From: Candidatus Hatepunaea meridiana
GTDB taxonomy: Bacteria; Electryoneota; AABM5-125-24; Hatepunaeales; Hatepunaeaceae
Direction of reading: 5' to 3'
DNA: 64,000 nt
NCBI GenBank assembly: GCA_030765125.1
Contig: JAVCDD010000180.1
Coordinates: forward strand, 7,033 to 71,032
Position numbers and translations under genes: made by a program. The notes beneath the pieces were generated by a model, which saw nothing but the letters and a program-made list of their open reading frames with translations, was not told the DNA's origin and made no database searches. Below are positions 41,601-50,941 of this stretch, piece by piece (position 1 is the first letter of the stretch; each line of letters begins with the position of its first letter).

Positions 41601-44600
41601 AGCGGTCATCAGCGCCGCCGTTGAACAGGTTCGGGTTGAATTCTACGTTGAAGTCAACTACACTGTTGGGAATATCATCAGGATCAAAGCCCGGACCCCA
41701 CTCTATAGCGAAGTCAGGAACACCTGTAACGTCAAGATTGACCGTTACGGTTACATTACGATGAGCAGGATCATTGGTTGTGAAGTACATTTCAGCAACG
41801 TACATACCACCAATCAAGCCATCAGCATTGAGGAGGACAATGATTTCCTCTATGTCATCCGCTTCAACTGTGCCTTCTTTGACCATTTCTTCTTCGCCTA
41901 CTCCGTAATCCAGCCATCTGACTTCGGAGACGCCGTCGTCGTAACAATAGAGCCTCGAGTCAGCATGACACGACACGTAGAGGTTTTCACCATCATGTGC
42001 GATCACTGCGTACTCGTTGTTGCTCCTCGTCGGGAAGTTGACGACCGCCTGGTTGCCCACGAACTCAAAATTATCGGTGTCAATATCGATCTGCCAGGCA
42101 CGGTCGCGGGTGTTAACCCACAGCTCGCCGTCCGGGTGCAACGCCACGAATTCAATGGAGCGGAACAGCTGGTTGTTCACAAAGGGCTGGATGTTGCCGA
42201 TTTGACCAATCCGTTCCCCTTCGAGGTTGAAGACACTCAGGTTGAATGGAGCGCCTGAACCCTCGACCGCGTAAATTAATCCTTCTTCCTGGTCTGTGGC
42301 AACGCCGTTGATGCCGCGGTGCCCCTGCAATGCAAGAGCGCCGAGGTTGTTACCCTCGATATCATAGCGGTTCAACGTGGGCACCCACAAATACATTATA
42401 TAGATCACTCCGTCGTAGTATGCCAGATCCATCGGGTTAAGTCCGGTGTTGAATCGTACCATTTCCTCACCATCCGAGGGATCAATGGCAGCCATCAGGT
42501 ACGGATTATTGTACTGCTGGAACCAGAACCACTCGTTGTCCGGGTCATAGCAGCCGTTTTTGTATTGATTGGCGGGAATCGGATGGTTGAAATCGAGGTC
42601 TTCGAGTCTATCACCGGGATTGTCACGGCGAGGACTGGTAACACTCTTTGTACTGCGCAGGGTGCGCGAGGCGTTGTCACGTTCCTCTTCATCACCCGGT
42701 TGGCGGATGATTTCGGCTTCAAGCCGCCATCTCAGCAAAGCGTCACCGGCATTGTAGATCTCCATAGCATGCTCTGCTTGCTCACCCGTAACGAGATCAT
42801 CGTTGATGACAGCGTCTTCATTATCGATATCAATTTGATCACCGTCAACCGAGAGCTCAAAGACCGGTGGAAGCGAGGCTTCTGCGTGCAGATTTACTAT
42901 GAGTTCATCCTCATCGGGATCGTTAGAGATGAATACCAACTCTGCTTCAAAATCATTCGGGTCGTCCACGTCGGCGTCAAAGGTAATCGTAACTACTACA
43001 TCCTCACCATCTTCCCATTCCAGAAAAGCCTCCTGTGGTTCAACGCTGAAGTAATCGTGATCACAGAAGATGTCTTCAACGTCGAGGTCAGCGGTTCCAA
43101 GGTTGGCAAGTATAACCGTCATTTCATAAGGACCGCCTGTAAACAGGTCCTCATACATTAGATTCCAGTCGACGACAGACTCATTGTTCTGATCCTCTAT
43201 CGGATCAATATAACCGTAGGCTTCATCCCATGTAACTTCAATGTCCGGAGCGCCGGTAACGTGTAACAACACGTTAACCGCTTCATCAGGACTTGCGGGA
43301 TCGTTGGAAAGGAAGTGTATATCAGCTTCCCAATCACCTTCAATCAAGCCGGCGGCGTCAAGGAATACGGTAACTGTCATCTCGTCGTCGCCTTCAACAG
43401 CGCCTTCGGCGGGATCAACGGAGACCCATCGCGTCCAGGCGCCTGCAGGACCGCAGCCGATGGCGCGACCCTCAACTATATAGTCTTGACCCTGTCCATA
43501 GTTGACCATACTGAAGCCGTACATGTTGTTATCAATGAAGGCACCGTTAATGCCGGTATGACTGGCTTGCCACCAACGAGGTATGTCATTTATACGATCA
43601 CCATACTGGAATGTGATCATTCCAGCATCATTCAGGATAATCTGGAAACAACCGCCGATACCACCACGAGAATTCCAATTGTGGTAAGTAATGACCATCA
43701 AATCTCTCTCGTTGGTCCATGTATATAATGGTCCACCGCCACCGGAACCGTGCCAGTCACCGTTTAGAATGGCGAGGGTATAGAACCACCCCGCTTGATT
43801 CTGCGGGAACGGACGAGGTGTGTTGATGCTTTGTGCCGAGCGGACGAATCCCGCCCAGCCATCAGTATCGATAAAGATCCGGTTGAAGTTCTCTACGTAG
43901 AACGGGAAGTCCCAACCAAGTTCGACAGCGCCAGTAATCGCATCATCACCCATAACGAACTCACGAACGCCTTCGAACTCCCGGATATCGATCCATTCAT
44001 ACTCAGGACCGTCATCCTCAAGATTATCACGCCACTCGTAGCCCATATCATCGGGGCCACCGCGACGGTCGCGACGGGGACCATCAGCGCGACGGGTGCT
44101 TCGCAGGGTGCGCGAGGCATTATCACGATCGTCGCCAGGCTCTACAATGATTTCAATATCAGTAGTGAATCGCAGCTCTGCATCGCCACTATTTTCAACA
44201 ACTAAGTCATGCTCTTCGAAGCCACCGGTGAAGAGATCGGTCTCGATTGAACCGGGAACGATACGGATAATCGGGGGCAACTCACAGATAACATGCATAG
44301 GAAGTTCAAAGTTTTCCTCATCCGGATCGTCACAGACGAAGGTCATTACTTCCTCATATTCACCCGGATCATCTGCTTCAGCTTCAAATGTTATGGTTAA
44401 ATTAGCGCTTGCGTCCGGTTCGAGAAGCATATCACCCTGATCAACGGTGAAGTATTCGTTATCACAGAAGATATCCTCGATGTCAAGGTCGGCAGTTCCT
44501 TCGTTGGAAACTTGGACGACCATTGTATAGGGACCGCCAGCGAAGACGTCTTCATAAGCAGGATTCCAGTTGAGAACATCGGGATAACCGAAGTCTTCAG

Positions 44601-47600
44601 ACCATTCGACTTCGATGTCCGACGCGGCGGTGAGATGAAGCTGGATATTTATCACCACTCCTTCTTCCTCATTGGGATCGTTGGAAAGGAAGGTCAGATC
44701 AGCTTCGTAATCACCCTCAGCTAAACCAGCGCCGTCAAGTGTAACGGTAACGATCATTGCATCGTCACCTGCAACGGTTCCTTCGACAGGATCGTACGCC
44801 AGCCAGTTTGTTTCAGCGATACCGTCATCGACGATCTGGAATTCCTGTACGACCCGGACGCCGAGCCAGAGGTTTTCACCGTCATGACCGGGGTCACTCC
44901 ACTGGTCGTTGCCGTTATTCCAGGCGGTGTTCTGGACTACTTCAACAAACGACCAATCATCTGTGTCAATCGAGACCTCCATAAGGCGGCTCTGAGTATT
45001 TATCCAGAGCTGACCGTCGGGATGCTCGTCAACCCAGCAGATGCCGCGGCTGAACTGGTTAACAAGAGGACCCTGTCGCCAGTTGATCGTGGCGACACGT
45101 TCCACATTATCGTTAACCGGTCTGACTACGTGCATTCCCCAGGCGCCTGTGCCTTCTATAGCGATAAGCACACCGTTCTCGGGGGAAGCAGCCAGGGCTG
45201 TAACCGAATTGAAGCCCATTGGCAGGTTGCCAAGGTTTTCTCCCTCAGCGTCATGCCTGCCGACAAAGGCGCCCGACCAGGCGACATTGTAGACAACGCC
45301 GTCCATCCAGGCAATGTCCATCACGTTTTGACCCTGGGGTTGATAGGCAATTTCCTCAGTGAAGTTTTCGTAATCACCGTCCCATGATATTGCGGCGATC
45401 CAGTTTGGACTGTAAGTAGCTACCCACATCCATTCGTTGTCAGTGTCGAAATTGGAAGAGTGCTTGTAACCGGCAGCTCCACGAGCCCACCTGTAGGTTG
45501 CTATCACGTCCATGAAATCATCACGACGCGGTCCTTCGGCATTCCTTGTGCTGCGCAGTGAGCGAGCGTTTGCATCGCGATCCGGTTCTGCGACAATCTC
45601 ATGCTCGACAGTGAAGCGCAGATCGGCTTCGCCTTCGTTGGCTACCGTTAGTTCAACATCGACAAGACCACCGGTATACAGATCTTCTTCGATAGAACCG
45701 GGATTAATAGCAATTTCCGGAGGCACGCCTGCATCAGCCAGCAGCGCTATTTCAAAATCCTCTTCATTTGGATCGTTCCAGACGATTACCATCGCCTCTT
45801 CAAACGCATCCCCGCTTGAAGCATCGAACGTAAATGTAAATTCATCGCTCTCGCCGGGTTCTAATGAAGCATCCACCGGATCTGATGTGAAGAGATCGTT
45901 TTCACAGTAGATATCTTCAATTTCCAGATCGTCTGTGCCTGTGTTTTCGATTTCAACGAGAACATCATACGTTTGGTCAACGAAAAGATTAAGATAAGCG
46001 AGATTCCAATCTATTACCGCTACTTCCGGATCTTCATCCCAGCCAATATCCGCAGACCATGTAGCTCCAAGCGCAGGCGCTCCGGTTACGTGCATTATTA
46101 TGTTAAATACTAATTCTTCATTGTCGGGATCGTTGGTAGTGAAAGTCATATCAGCTTCATAGTCACCAGTGAATAAACCTGAGCAATCAAGCGTAACGGT
46201 AACTTCTGCCTGATCGTCAGCTTCAATGGTTCCTTCATCCGGTTCATAAGCGAGCCACTTTGCGCCACCCATCTCGGTCAGGTATAACAGGATTTCAGAG
46301 GCCATGGAGCCCCACTCACCACCGTTACGAGCGTAATTGAACCAGCAGTGACCTGTCGGGTGACCGACGGTCAGAACAGTACCCTTACCGAAGCCGTAAG
46401 CGACAGCGCCAGGTACGTCCTGATTCTGCTTAGTGGCAATAACCTGGTACCATTCAAGAGTGCCGTCCTCTACCTTTTGAACGAACTGGTTTTCAAGGTA
46501 ACCGGAATGCAGCCATGAGCCGCCTTCAATGATTTCGCCCTCTTCCCAGTAGTTCGGTTCGGATCTGTGACAGATCTCGGCAAACAGACTGTAGTTGTCA
46601 TCATTCGGGTCAGGGCTGACAACCAATGTGCCGTTACTGGTTCCTCCGGCTGAATTGTTGACAATATCTCCGGGACCATGCATGGGGCTGTTGGCGTCAG
46701 CAGTTTCATAGTAACATGCGCCACCACCGTCAACATACTCTTCCAATCTTTCAAAGTTGTTCTGGTAATTCTGGCTGTTCATTGAACTGCGAGCAGCTAC
46801 TACGATGACATCATACTCGCTGAAGTCAACATTGTCCCAGTCGCCTGCTTGACGATAGGAATGATAGTTGTCGTTGTTCAGGAGCGGATCCTGACGCATA
46901 CCATCGTCCACCCAGCCCCATGTGCTGTTGATCTGGAAGGCGGCAAACAACAATCCGTCGAGTTCGTTATCTTCGAGTGGGTCACGACGGGGACCATCAG
47001 CGCGACGTGCTGTACTGCGCAGGGTGCGCGAGGCATTATCGCGATCGTCATCACCCGGTTCAGCGATGATCTCAGACGCAATACTCCAATTCAGATCCGC
47101 TCCACCGGTGTTGGAAAGTGTCAACACGTGTTCTTCAATGTCGCCGGTGAAGTAATCTTCCTCAACTGAACCGGGAGCTAACTCAAATGCAGGAGGTGTG
47201 AATGCCTGCGCAACAAGATTTATTTCAATATCCGCAGGCTCATCAGCCGGATCATTCCAAACGATTACCATAACCGCTTCGTGTTGATCCGTATCCTCGG
47301 AATTGAAGATAAAGTTAACTTCAAGGCTCGAATGTCCAATAATCACTGCATCGGCAGGATCACAGGTGAAGCGTTGGTTCTCACAGGTGATACTTTCTAT
47401 TTCGGTGTCGTCTGTTCCCGGATTAATCAATTCGATTGTGACGGGGTAGTCGTGCCCTGCATAAAGTTCTTCATGAGCGGCGTTAAAATCGACTACAGAA
47501 TCACCATTATCCGGATCGAAGCCGTGATCCTCAGACCATGCAACCTCAAGGGCAGGCACGCCTGTTACGTGCATTATAACACTAATTACGACTTCATCAT

Positions 47601-50094
47601 CATCAGGATCGTTAGTAAAGAAGGTCATATCGGCTTCATAGTCGCCACCAATTAAATCTGTAGCGTCAAGTGTAACGTCGATTTCAATCGGATCGCCATC
47701 AACCGCGATGGTACCTTCGTCAGGCTCGTACATCAGCCAGTACATCTCAGCGACGCCGTCGTCTATGATTCGGATCTGAGTTGAAGGATACTGTGACAGC
47801 CAGAGGTTATGACCATCGTGTCCGATGCCGTCCCATTCCTGACCATTTTCAGCGGGCCATGAAACGATGTGCGCTACCTGCTCGATGTAAGTCCAATCAT
47901 CGACATCGACAGAAACCTGCCACAGTTCATTACCGTTACCGTTTCGTCTTGTGTTGAACCACATCTGTCCATCAGGATGTTTGTCCACCCAGCATATACT
48001 GCGCGACGGGAAGTTACCGGTATACTGAAAGTGACTCGGAATGACCGCAATTTGCTCGAGATCGTTCTCAATGTCGAACACTCGTATCTCACGGTTATTA
48101 GCGTCGTTCATCACAAACAGTAATCCTTCTTCATGGCTAACCGTGACCGCAGTCGGTCGGAAGTTAGTCTGGATATTACCGAGGTTTTCACCTTCAGTAT
48201 TATAGTGGTATAGCCAGTTGTTTGACCAGTGTACTATGTAAAGTTCACCGTCATAGCAGGCAGCGCCCATCGGGTTGTTCTGCACCCGGAACTCACGCTC
48301 TACTTCGTAGTCGTTAGCCGGATCGATAGCAGAAACCAGGAAATTCGGGCTGTAATTAGTCATCCACATCCACTCGTTGTCCCAGTCCCAGGCGATACCG
48401 GCATTATACCGGTTTACTGCACCAGCGTTGGGAGATTGGAATGCATGAATCAGATCACCGAGGTCATCGCGACGAGGACCTGCTTCATTGTCATTCCCTT
48501 GAAGAGGTGAATCCACGCTACGCAAGGTGCGTAAAGCATTATCGCGCTCTTCATCATCACCCGGCTCGGAGATAATTTCAGATTCAATAGTGAAGCGCAG
48601 CTCCGCATCACCATCGTTGGAAACGGTCAAGGTGTGTTCCTCGACTTCGTTCGATACGAGATCGTCTTCGATGGAACCGGGGTCAATCTCAATCGCCGGT
48701 GGCAGTGTGCCTTCGGCGTGAAGCGCAACCACGTATTCACCATTGCTTGGATCGTTCGAGACGAAGACCATCGTGGCATCGAAATCATCCGGATCGTCAT
48801 CAGCAGCGTTGAAGATGAAGGTTACATCTGCGCTTGCATCCGGCTCCAACATCAAATCTTCCGGATCGGCGGAGAAGTAATCGTGCTCACTGTAGATATC
48901 CTCAATGTCGAGGTCTTCTATACCGGTATTGGTGACCGTTACGGTCATCTCATAAGGACCTCCGACAAAGACGTCGTCATAAGCCAAGTTCCAGTCAACG
49001 ACGCATGCATCCGGGTCTTCCGGGTCAAAGCCGTGATCTTCCGACCACTCGACCACGATATTGGGGGCGGCTTGAACGGTTAAATCAACTGCTATTACGA
49101 TATCTTGATCCTCAGAAGTAAGGATGTGAACATCGGCGCGGTAGTTTCCACCAATCAGCCCATCGGCGTCAAGGGTTAAAACCATTACGCCCGCATCGTC
49201 ACCATCAATGGAGCCATCGGTAGGATCAACGGTGATCCATTGTGTCCAGGCGTTAGGACCACCGAATGCAATCACGCGACCGGGTACTGCATACTGGTTA
49301 TTCCTAGCGCTGATAAACCAACCGTGCCTGTCTGCGCCGCGGTTTACACCGATTTCACCGGTGTTCTGGTTTATAGCTTCACCATACTGCATAACTCCCA
49401 AACCACTGCCGTACAGCAGGAGCTGGAACTTGAAGCGATGATCACCATGCCATTCGATGACAGCTTCATCGTTCTGGTTAGTCCAGATGTAGACTTCCGT
49501 ACCGGCAGTGTTGTCATCGTTAAAGATTGAGACGGTGTTTCCACCTCTTGCGCCATCGGCTGCATTATATGGGAAATTAGCTGCGGTTACCATAATGTCT
49601 CGACCACCGTAGGTGAACGACATCCATCCATCGGAATCGGCGAATACGCGTGAATGCATACGATCCCAGAACGGGAATTCCCAGCCAAGGTCAACGGCGC
49701 CTGTGTTGGCGTCGTCACCAAGACGGAACTCGCGAACACCATCCAATTCGGGAGTATCTATCCACACGAATTCTGGTGCGCCATCCGCGTTGTCGTCCAT
49801 ATTATCACGCCACTCCCAACCCATATCATCGGGTTCACTGCGGCGGTCACGACGAGGACCGACTCGTTCTTCATCAGGCTCCGCGGTGACCTCGATATCG
49901 GTATCCCAATCAATCGCATCATCACCGAGGTTACTGATGGTTACATCGGTCGCCTCAATATCTCCAGTGTTTAACTCTGTTTCGATTTCCTGAGGGTCAA
50001 CCTCAACGTCGGCATAAGCAGCGGGCGCGAGCCACAGATAACCTGCAAATGCAAGGCAAATCGCTAACAGAAAACGAATACTGGTTCCTTTCAT
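35641..50094 (-). CDS. Giant (4817 aa) highly acidic modular T9SS cargo protein. It has a signal peptide, nine ~490-aa modules separated by a conserved Arg-rich linker (ERDNASRTLRST..GPRRD) and a C-terminal T9SS sorting domain. Module types are a ~280-aa beta-propeller-like domain (x6), a GPDDMGYEW-type domain shared with the C25 peptidases, a duplicated ~240-aa domain, and triple CARDB-like Ig domains
   Basis: AGGAGG SD 6 nt upstream of the ATG at 50094. MKGTSIRFLLAICLAFAGYLWLAPAAYA is a signal peptide. PRRD codons lie at ~49846, 48473, 46982, 45519, 44066, 42621, 41116, 39611 and 38082, spaced about 1.45-1.5 kb apart. The linker is conserved at nucleotide level (ctgcgcagggtgcgcgaggc). CTD YPNPFNAVTRINY...INVFDVTGRLV...GIYIVRM. 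Confidence 0.9.
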   Translation of the reverse strand: MKGTSIRFLLAICLAFAGYLWLAPAAYADVEVDPQEIETELNTGDIEATDVTISNLGDDAIDWDTDIEVTAEPDEERVGPRRDRRSEPDDMGWEWRDNMDDNADGAPEFVWIDTPELDGVREFRLGDDANTGAVDLGWEFPFWDRMHSRVFADSDGWMSFTYGGRDIMVTAANFPYNAADGARGGNTVSIFNDDNTAGTEVYIWTNQNDEAVIEWHGDHRFKFQLLLYGSGLGVMQYGEAINQNTGEIGVNRGADRHGWFISARNNQYAVPGRVIAFGGPNAWTQWITVDPTDGSIDGDDAGVMVLTLDADGLIGGNYRADVHILTSEDQDIVIAVDLTVQAAPNIVVEWSEDHGFDPEDPDACVVDWNLAYDDVFVGGPYEMTVTVTNTGIEDLDIEDIYSEHDYFSADPEDLMLEPDASADVTFIFNAADDDPDDFDATMVFVSNDPSNGEYVVALHAEGTLPPAIEIDPGSIEDDLVSNEVEEHTLTVSNDGDAELRFTIESEIISEPGDDEERDNALRTLRSVDSPLQGNDNEAGPRRDDLGDLIHAFQSPNAGAVNRYNAGIAWDWDNEWMWMTNYSPNFLVSAIDPANDYEVEREFRVQNNPMGAACYDGELYIVHWSNNWLYHYNTEGENLGNIQTNFRPTAVTVSHEEGLLFVMNDANNREIRVFDIENDLEQIAVIPSHFQYTGNFPSRSICWVDKHPDGQMWFNTRRNGNGNELWQVSVDVDDWTYIEQVAHIVSWPAENGQEWDGIGHDGHNLWLSQYPSTQIRIIDDGVAEMYWLMYEPDEGTIAVDGDPIEIDVTLDATDLIGGDYEADMTFFTNDPDDDEVVISVIMHVTGVPALEVAWSEDHGFDPDNGDSVVDFNAAHEELYAGHDYPVTIELINPGTDDTEIESITCENQRFTCDPADAVIIGHSSLEVNFIFNSEDTDQHEAVMVIVWNDPADEPADIEINLVAQAFTPPAFELAPGSVEEDYFTGDIEEHVLTLSNTGGADLNWSIASEIIAEPGDDDRDNASRTLRSTARRADGPRRDPLEDNELDGLLFAAFQINSTWGWVDDGMRQDPLLNNDNYHSYRQAGDWDNVDFSEYDVIVVAARSSMNSQNYQNNFERLEEYVDGGGACYYETADANSPMHGPGDIVNNSAGGTSNGTLVVSPDPNDDNYSLFAEICHRSEPNYWEEGEIIEGGSWLHSGYLENQFVQKVEDGTLEWYQVIATKQNQDVPGAVAYGFGKGTVLTVGHPTGHCWFNYARNGGEWGSMASEILLYLTEMGGAKWLAYEPDEGTIEADDQAEVTVTLDCSGLFTGDYEADMTFTTNDPDNEELVFNIIMHVTGAPALGATWSADIGWDEDPEVAVIDWNLAYLNLFVDQTYDVLVEIENTGTDDLEIEDIYCENDLFTSDPVDASLEPGESDEFTFTFDASSGDAFEEAMVIVWNDPNEEDFEIALLADAGVPPEIAINPGSIEEDLYTGGLVDVELTVANEGEADLRFTVEHEIVAEPDRDANARSLRSTRNAEGPRRDDFMDVIATYRWARGAAGYKHSSNFDTDNEWMWVATYSPNWIAAISWDGDYENFTEEIAYQPQGQNVMDIAWMDGVVYNVAWSGAFVGRHDAEGENLGNLPMGFNSVTALAASPENGVLIAIEGTGAWGMHVVRPVNDNVERVATINWRQGPLVNQFSRGICWVDEHPDGQLWINTQSRLMEVSIDTDDWSFVEVVQNTAWNNGNDQWSDPGHDGENLWLGVRVVQEFQIVDDGIAETNWLAYDPVEGTVAGDDAMIVTVTLDGAGLAEGDYEADLTFLSNDPNEEEGVVINIQLHLTAASDIEVEWSEDFGYPDVLNWNPAYEDVFAGGPYTMVVQVSNEGTADLDIEDIFCDNEYFTVDQGDMLLEPDASANLTITFEAEADDPGEYEEVMTFVCDDPDEENFELPMHVICELPPIIRIVPGSIETDLFTGGFEEHDLVVENSGDAELRFTTDIEIIVEPGDDRDNASRTLRSTRRADGPRRDRRGGPDDMGYEWRDNLEDDGPEYEWIDIREFEGVREFVMGDDAITGAVELGWDFPFYVENFNRIFIDTDGWAGFVRSAQSINTPRPFPQNQAGWFYTLAILNGDWHGSGGGGPLYTWTNERDLMVITYHNWNSRGGIGGCFQIILNDAGMITFQYGDRINDIPRWWQASHTGINGAFIDNNMYGFSMVNYGQGQDYIVEGRAIGCGPAGAWTRWVSVDPAEGAVEGDDEMTVTVFLDAAGLIEGDWEADIHFLSNDPASPDEAVNVLLHVTGAPDIEVTWDEAYGYIDPIEDQNNESVVDWNLMYEDLFTGGPYEMTVILANLGTADLDVEDIFCDHDYFSVEPQEAFLEWEDGEDVVVTITFDADVDDPNDFEAELVFISNDPDEDELIVNLHAEASLPPVFELSVDGDQIDIDNEDAVINDDLVTGEQAEHAMEIYNAGDALLRWRLEAEIIRQPGDEEERDNASRTLRSTKSVTSPRRDNPGDRLEDLDFNHPIPANQYKNGCYDPDNEWFWFQQYNNPYLMAAIDPSDGEEMVRFNTGLNPMDLAYYDGVIYIMYLWVPTLNRYDIEGNNLGALALQGHRGINGVATDQEEGLIYAVEGSGAPFNLSVFNLEGERIGQIGNIQPFVNNQLFRSIEFVALHPDGELWVNTRDRAWQIDIDTDNFEFVGNQAVVNFPTRSNNEYAVIAHDGENLYVSCHADSRLYCYDDGVSEVRWLDYGVGEEEMVKEGTVEADDIEEIIVLLNADGLIGGMYVAEMYFTTNDPAHRNVTVTVNLDVTGVPDFAIEWGPGFDPDDIPNSVVDFNVEFNPNLFNGGADDRYQIPVTIINVGTDDLIIDEIIVDTEGDVEVFFVDPADFVDDNAIIAAQEGIITVSFMAEEAGEYIGTVTLSTNDPDLEEFIFDLSADCQDPPMISLDPGEIEREMDTGDEEELTINVANIGRADLHFTTEAEMIQEGPEEERDNASRTLRSTRSATGPRRDEPGDLIAQFNGINVVNHYSSCVGWDWDNERMWVSNYNNQRAAAYSHDANYENFNEEISIATGGSCMDGCWLNGHLWIGNWSNAQVRRYDGDGQLVGTHNFPFVAYGLAADVEESLIFVMQNAAPNSIHVYEVDGLDVGEEIGVIANHQAFHGNVVTFALEWVPAHVDAPLWMTDAAQNNVYQIGVDRDDWTCVEVDDVVSFQVNNGQPYCAVGHDGEYIWCSGYQQANIRVYDDGVDEVRWFSYDPKESPEDGLGADEEMDIFITINTFGLYSGEYEVNLHFLSNDPANQDAVVNILIHVSGAPGINVIWPEEWGYIPDDPDDHGIVDWNAAYSESEDHFWPEILYADGDYDLEIVVQNVGTEDLEIEGCEIDHEFFEVDHADFVIGPGEEEVVTLTFMPGETGEFTPDLIIFNNDEDDAEYAVSLVAQAFSPPMFSVAPQSIDTEVPNGQEEIHNLNVANEAGDDGAQLHFETEIEIISEPERDNNARTLNAVGSVGARRDPLEDDELDGLLFAAFQTSTTWGWVDDGMRRDPLLNNDNYHSYRQAADWDNVEFEDYDVIVIAARSTMNSQNYQNNFERLEEYVADGGACYYETADANSPMHGPGDIVNNSAGGTSNGTLVVSPDPNDDNYSLFAEICHRSEPNYWEEGELIEGGSWLHSGYLENQFVQKVDDGTLEWYQVIATKQNQDVPGAVAYGFGKGTVLTVGHSTGHCWFNYARNGGEWGSIASELLLYLTEMGGAKWITLDPDTSPWDPDRPNDSGIDPGADMDVFVTLNTEGLIEFTYEADIIFITNDPENDEFVVNVIADVIGVPIWDEEYEPIAQPFENAQDIEFEDTYVNGDSEISITVVNCGSTDLIIDGVEFTGDAADDYSTDIDDQAVLDPEQELAFTLTFSPSQTGVREATFSIFSDAENQDIGDDDRIWWDLIGVGELAPIASTDPETDPDNPTEIIVQMLMGDDPVEEIIVLANEEGERRDLHFEIEIEDIEEEERDDAVRSLRSTKRAIGPRRDQPEGRGILIAERCGWSNWDFERYFQAIDDLDYDRYRTWNQVQDVDFTEYDFMWIGNYEADAWVAQYNQNLERIEEFVDGGGALYHSSGTNNHNTRPTNPGGLVYNGSQSQNQCPLQLDPEENFLINYMNENDPFNWEWGEGQRLVGGGCAHGVFLQRDIDNMDNVEWVQIMAMGNPTNEPIILTYQYGRGFCLVSTTVDGYLHNVPANYHWGRTGEAVIWYLDHLANVSTWVTAEPDEGDVHAGESTEIILTFDPADLEDWIDYHATVTILTNDPENAEIVFDVELQLGARIQHFAEFETTNLMHYLSILDVAFDEEPVPNGWEIAAYTDDDVLAGGVVWRGEGSVLIAYGAADDVEGFENGDNINYRAWDPDADEELLATAEIEDNAGPRVWVNNGETIVTCVTAYQLREQTILHLEGWNMISLNIIPIADYWENLDDDDGPDVELMLEQYKDEDDNHHVVIMKDEAGDFCVPDWDFYGIDFWNTAEGYLMNVNEELEASWLGVPIHPQTVVAGVDAGWNIVAYYPTYDLEASRGSGFHVVSSIVDNVIIAKDGPGGFMVPSYGFSNMEPWTPGQGYQINVDEDVELLYPEDEDQGAALMSASEAGSHWASPVKTDVNMSVLVTSIIGTPVEDGDQIAAFDASGKLIGVGTISDEMCGLPIWGDSEHTKNVVDGLQEDEAFTLRMWNNANETEVNLKASIKSGKGLVYLTNALTIIDVRVDAGIPDEYSLSQNYPNPFNAVTRINYGLPEAAKVTINVFDVTGRLVTTLINNELKAGRYTAVWDGAGMTSGIYIVRMEAANFKSVRKVMLVK
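38893..39627 (-). repeat. ~735-bp intragenic direct repeat, ~95% identical to 46261-46996 (7.4 kb apart), encoding a ~240-aa domain (GDWDNVxFxxYDVIVxAARS...YYETADANSPMHGPGD)
   Basis: Long, nearly identical nucleotide runs are visible by eye in both copies. A diverged third copy is encoded at ~37.0-37.8 kb. Confidence 0.75.
46261..46996 (-). repeat. Second copy of the ~735-bp intragenic direct repeat (see 38893-39627)
   Basis: As above. Confidence 0.75.
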
Positions 50095-50142
50095 TGAAAC
50101 CTCCTAAATCTTTAATTTATGAATTATTATTTTTTTAATGAT

Positions 50143-50226
50143 GAGTTCAGAGTATGCGCTTCAGCGCGTTTTAGCTTCGCTCTTTAATTATAAGAGCTTT
50201 ACGTGCTGAAGCGCACTCTGAGCTTC
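50143..50226. repeat. Hairpin MITE/REP-like element (gagttcagagtatgcgcttcagcgcg ... cgtgctgaagcgcactctgagcttc) in the promoter region of the 4817-aa gene
   Basis: Inverted repeats with AGAGTTCAGAGT-type termini. Confidence 0.65.
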
Positions 50227-50646
50227 TGTTTTTCAAGAAAATTTATTCTGTGATATAATTCCAAATTGATGTTCTGGTGTGCAGTTCGGATAAGCAGTAC
50301 ATGAAACGTTCAAGGAATATATAATCTTTTTAATCTTTAAGCAAGTAATTTCAGTCATTATATGTAAATTTTTTAAGTTCAATTACAAGATTTTAATAGT
50401 TTGAATGAGCTTTTTACAATAGTAGATGCGACACTCCTGTCGCATGACTGCTGCGATTTTTAATTGTCTGCCGTATGATTGTTTCGATTTTCTAGGCTAT
50501 TCGATACTAAGATAAGTGATTTAATACGTAAGAAATGTGAGGTAGCGCACAATTTTGAATTTATTTTAATATTTTTTTTATTTTTTTCATAAACCGCAGA
50601 TTACTCAGATTTCACCGATTTCATCTTATTATCTGATCGAAACCCC

Positions 50647-50941
50647 CTTTTTGTCATTCCCTTTAAGAATAGAGTTCAGAGTGCGCGCTTCAGCGCGTAA
50701 TGCCTTTAGAATAAGGAAAATAGCCAACACGCGCTGAAGCGCGCACTCTAAACTCTATTCTTCATACTTGGTTGAGTCGCTGGCGACATGGCTTTTCCTT
50801 TGAAAGTAGCACCCCGCTATCAGGTCACCTCGCTTAACAGCAATGCTTATGACAGCGCTGTCAACCGCGGCGGGTTGACAGCGTAAAAACAGCCTGAAGG
50901 CTGGACTCTGAACTTCTATTTTTCAAGGGAATGACAAAACG
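50647..50941. mobile_element. Composite nested palindromic element. Outer IR ctttttgtcattccc/gggaatgacaaaacg encloses a 31-bp-arm hairpin (50666-50760), a caaccgcggcgggttgacagcg hairpin (50861-50883) and a cagcctgaaggctggactctgaac unit (50889-50917)
   Basis: All inverted repeats can be read directly from the sequence. The outer arms match the 34617-34714 family. Confidence 0.65.

Noticed and set aside
37411-43161. Plus-strand ORFs 37411..38115, 41458..42258, 42319..43161 etc. inside the 4817-aa gene
   Set aside because: Antisense wrong-strand artifacts of the giant minus-strand CDS, which has a strong SD, a signal peptide and a CTD.
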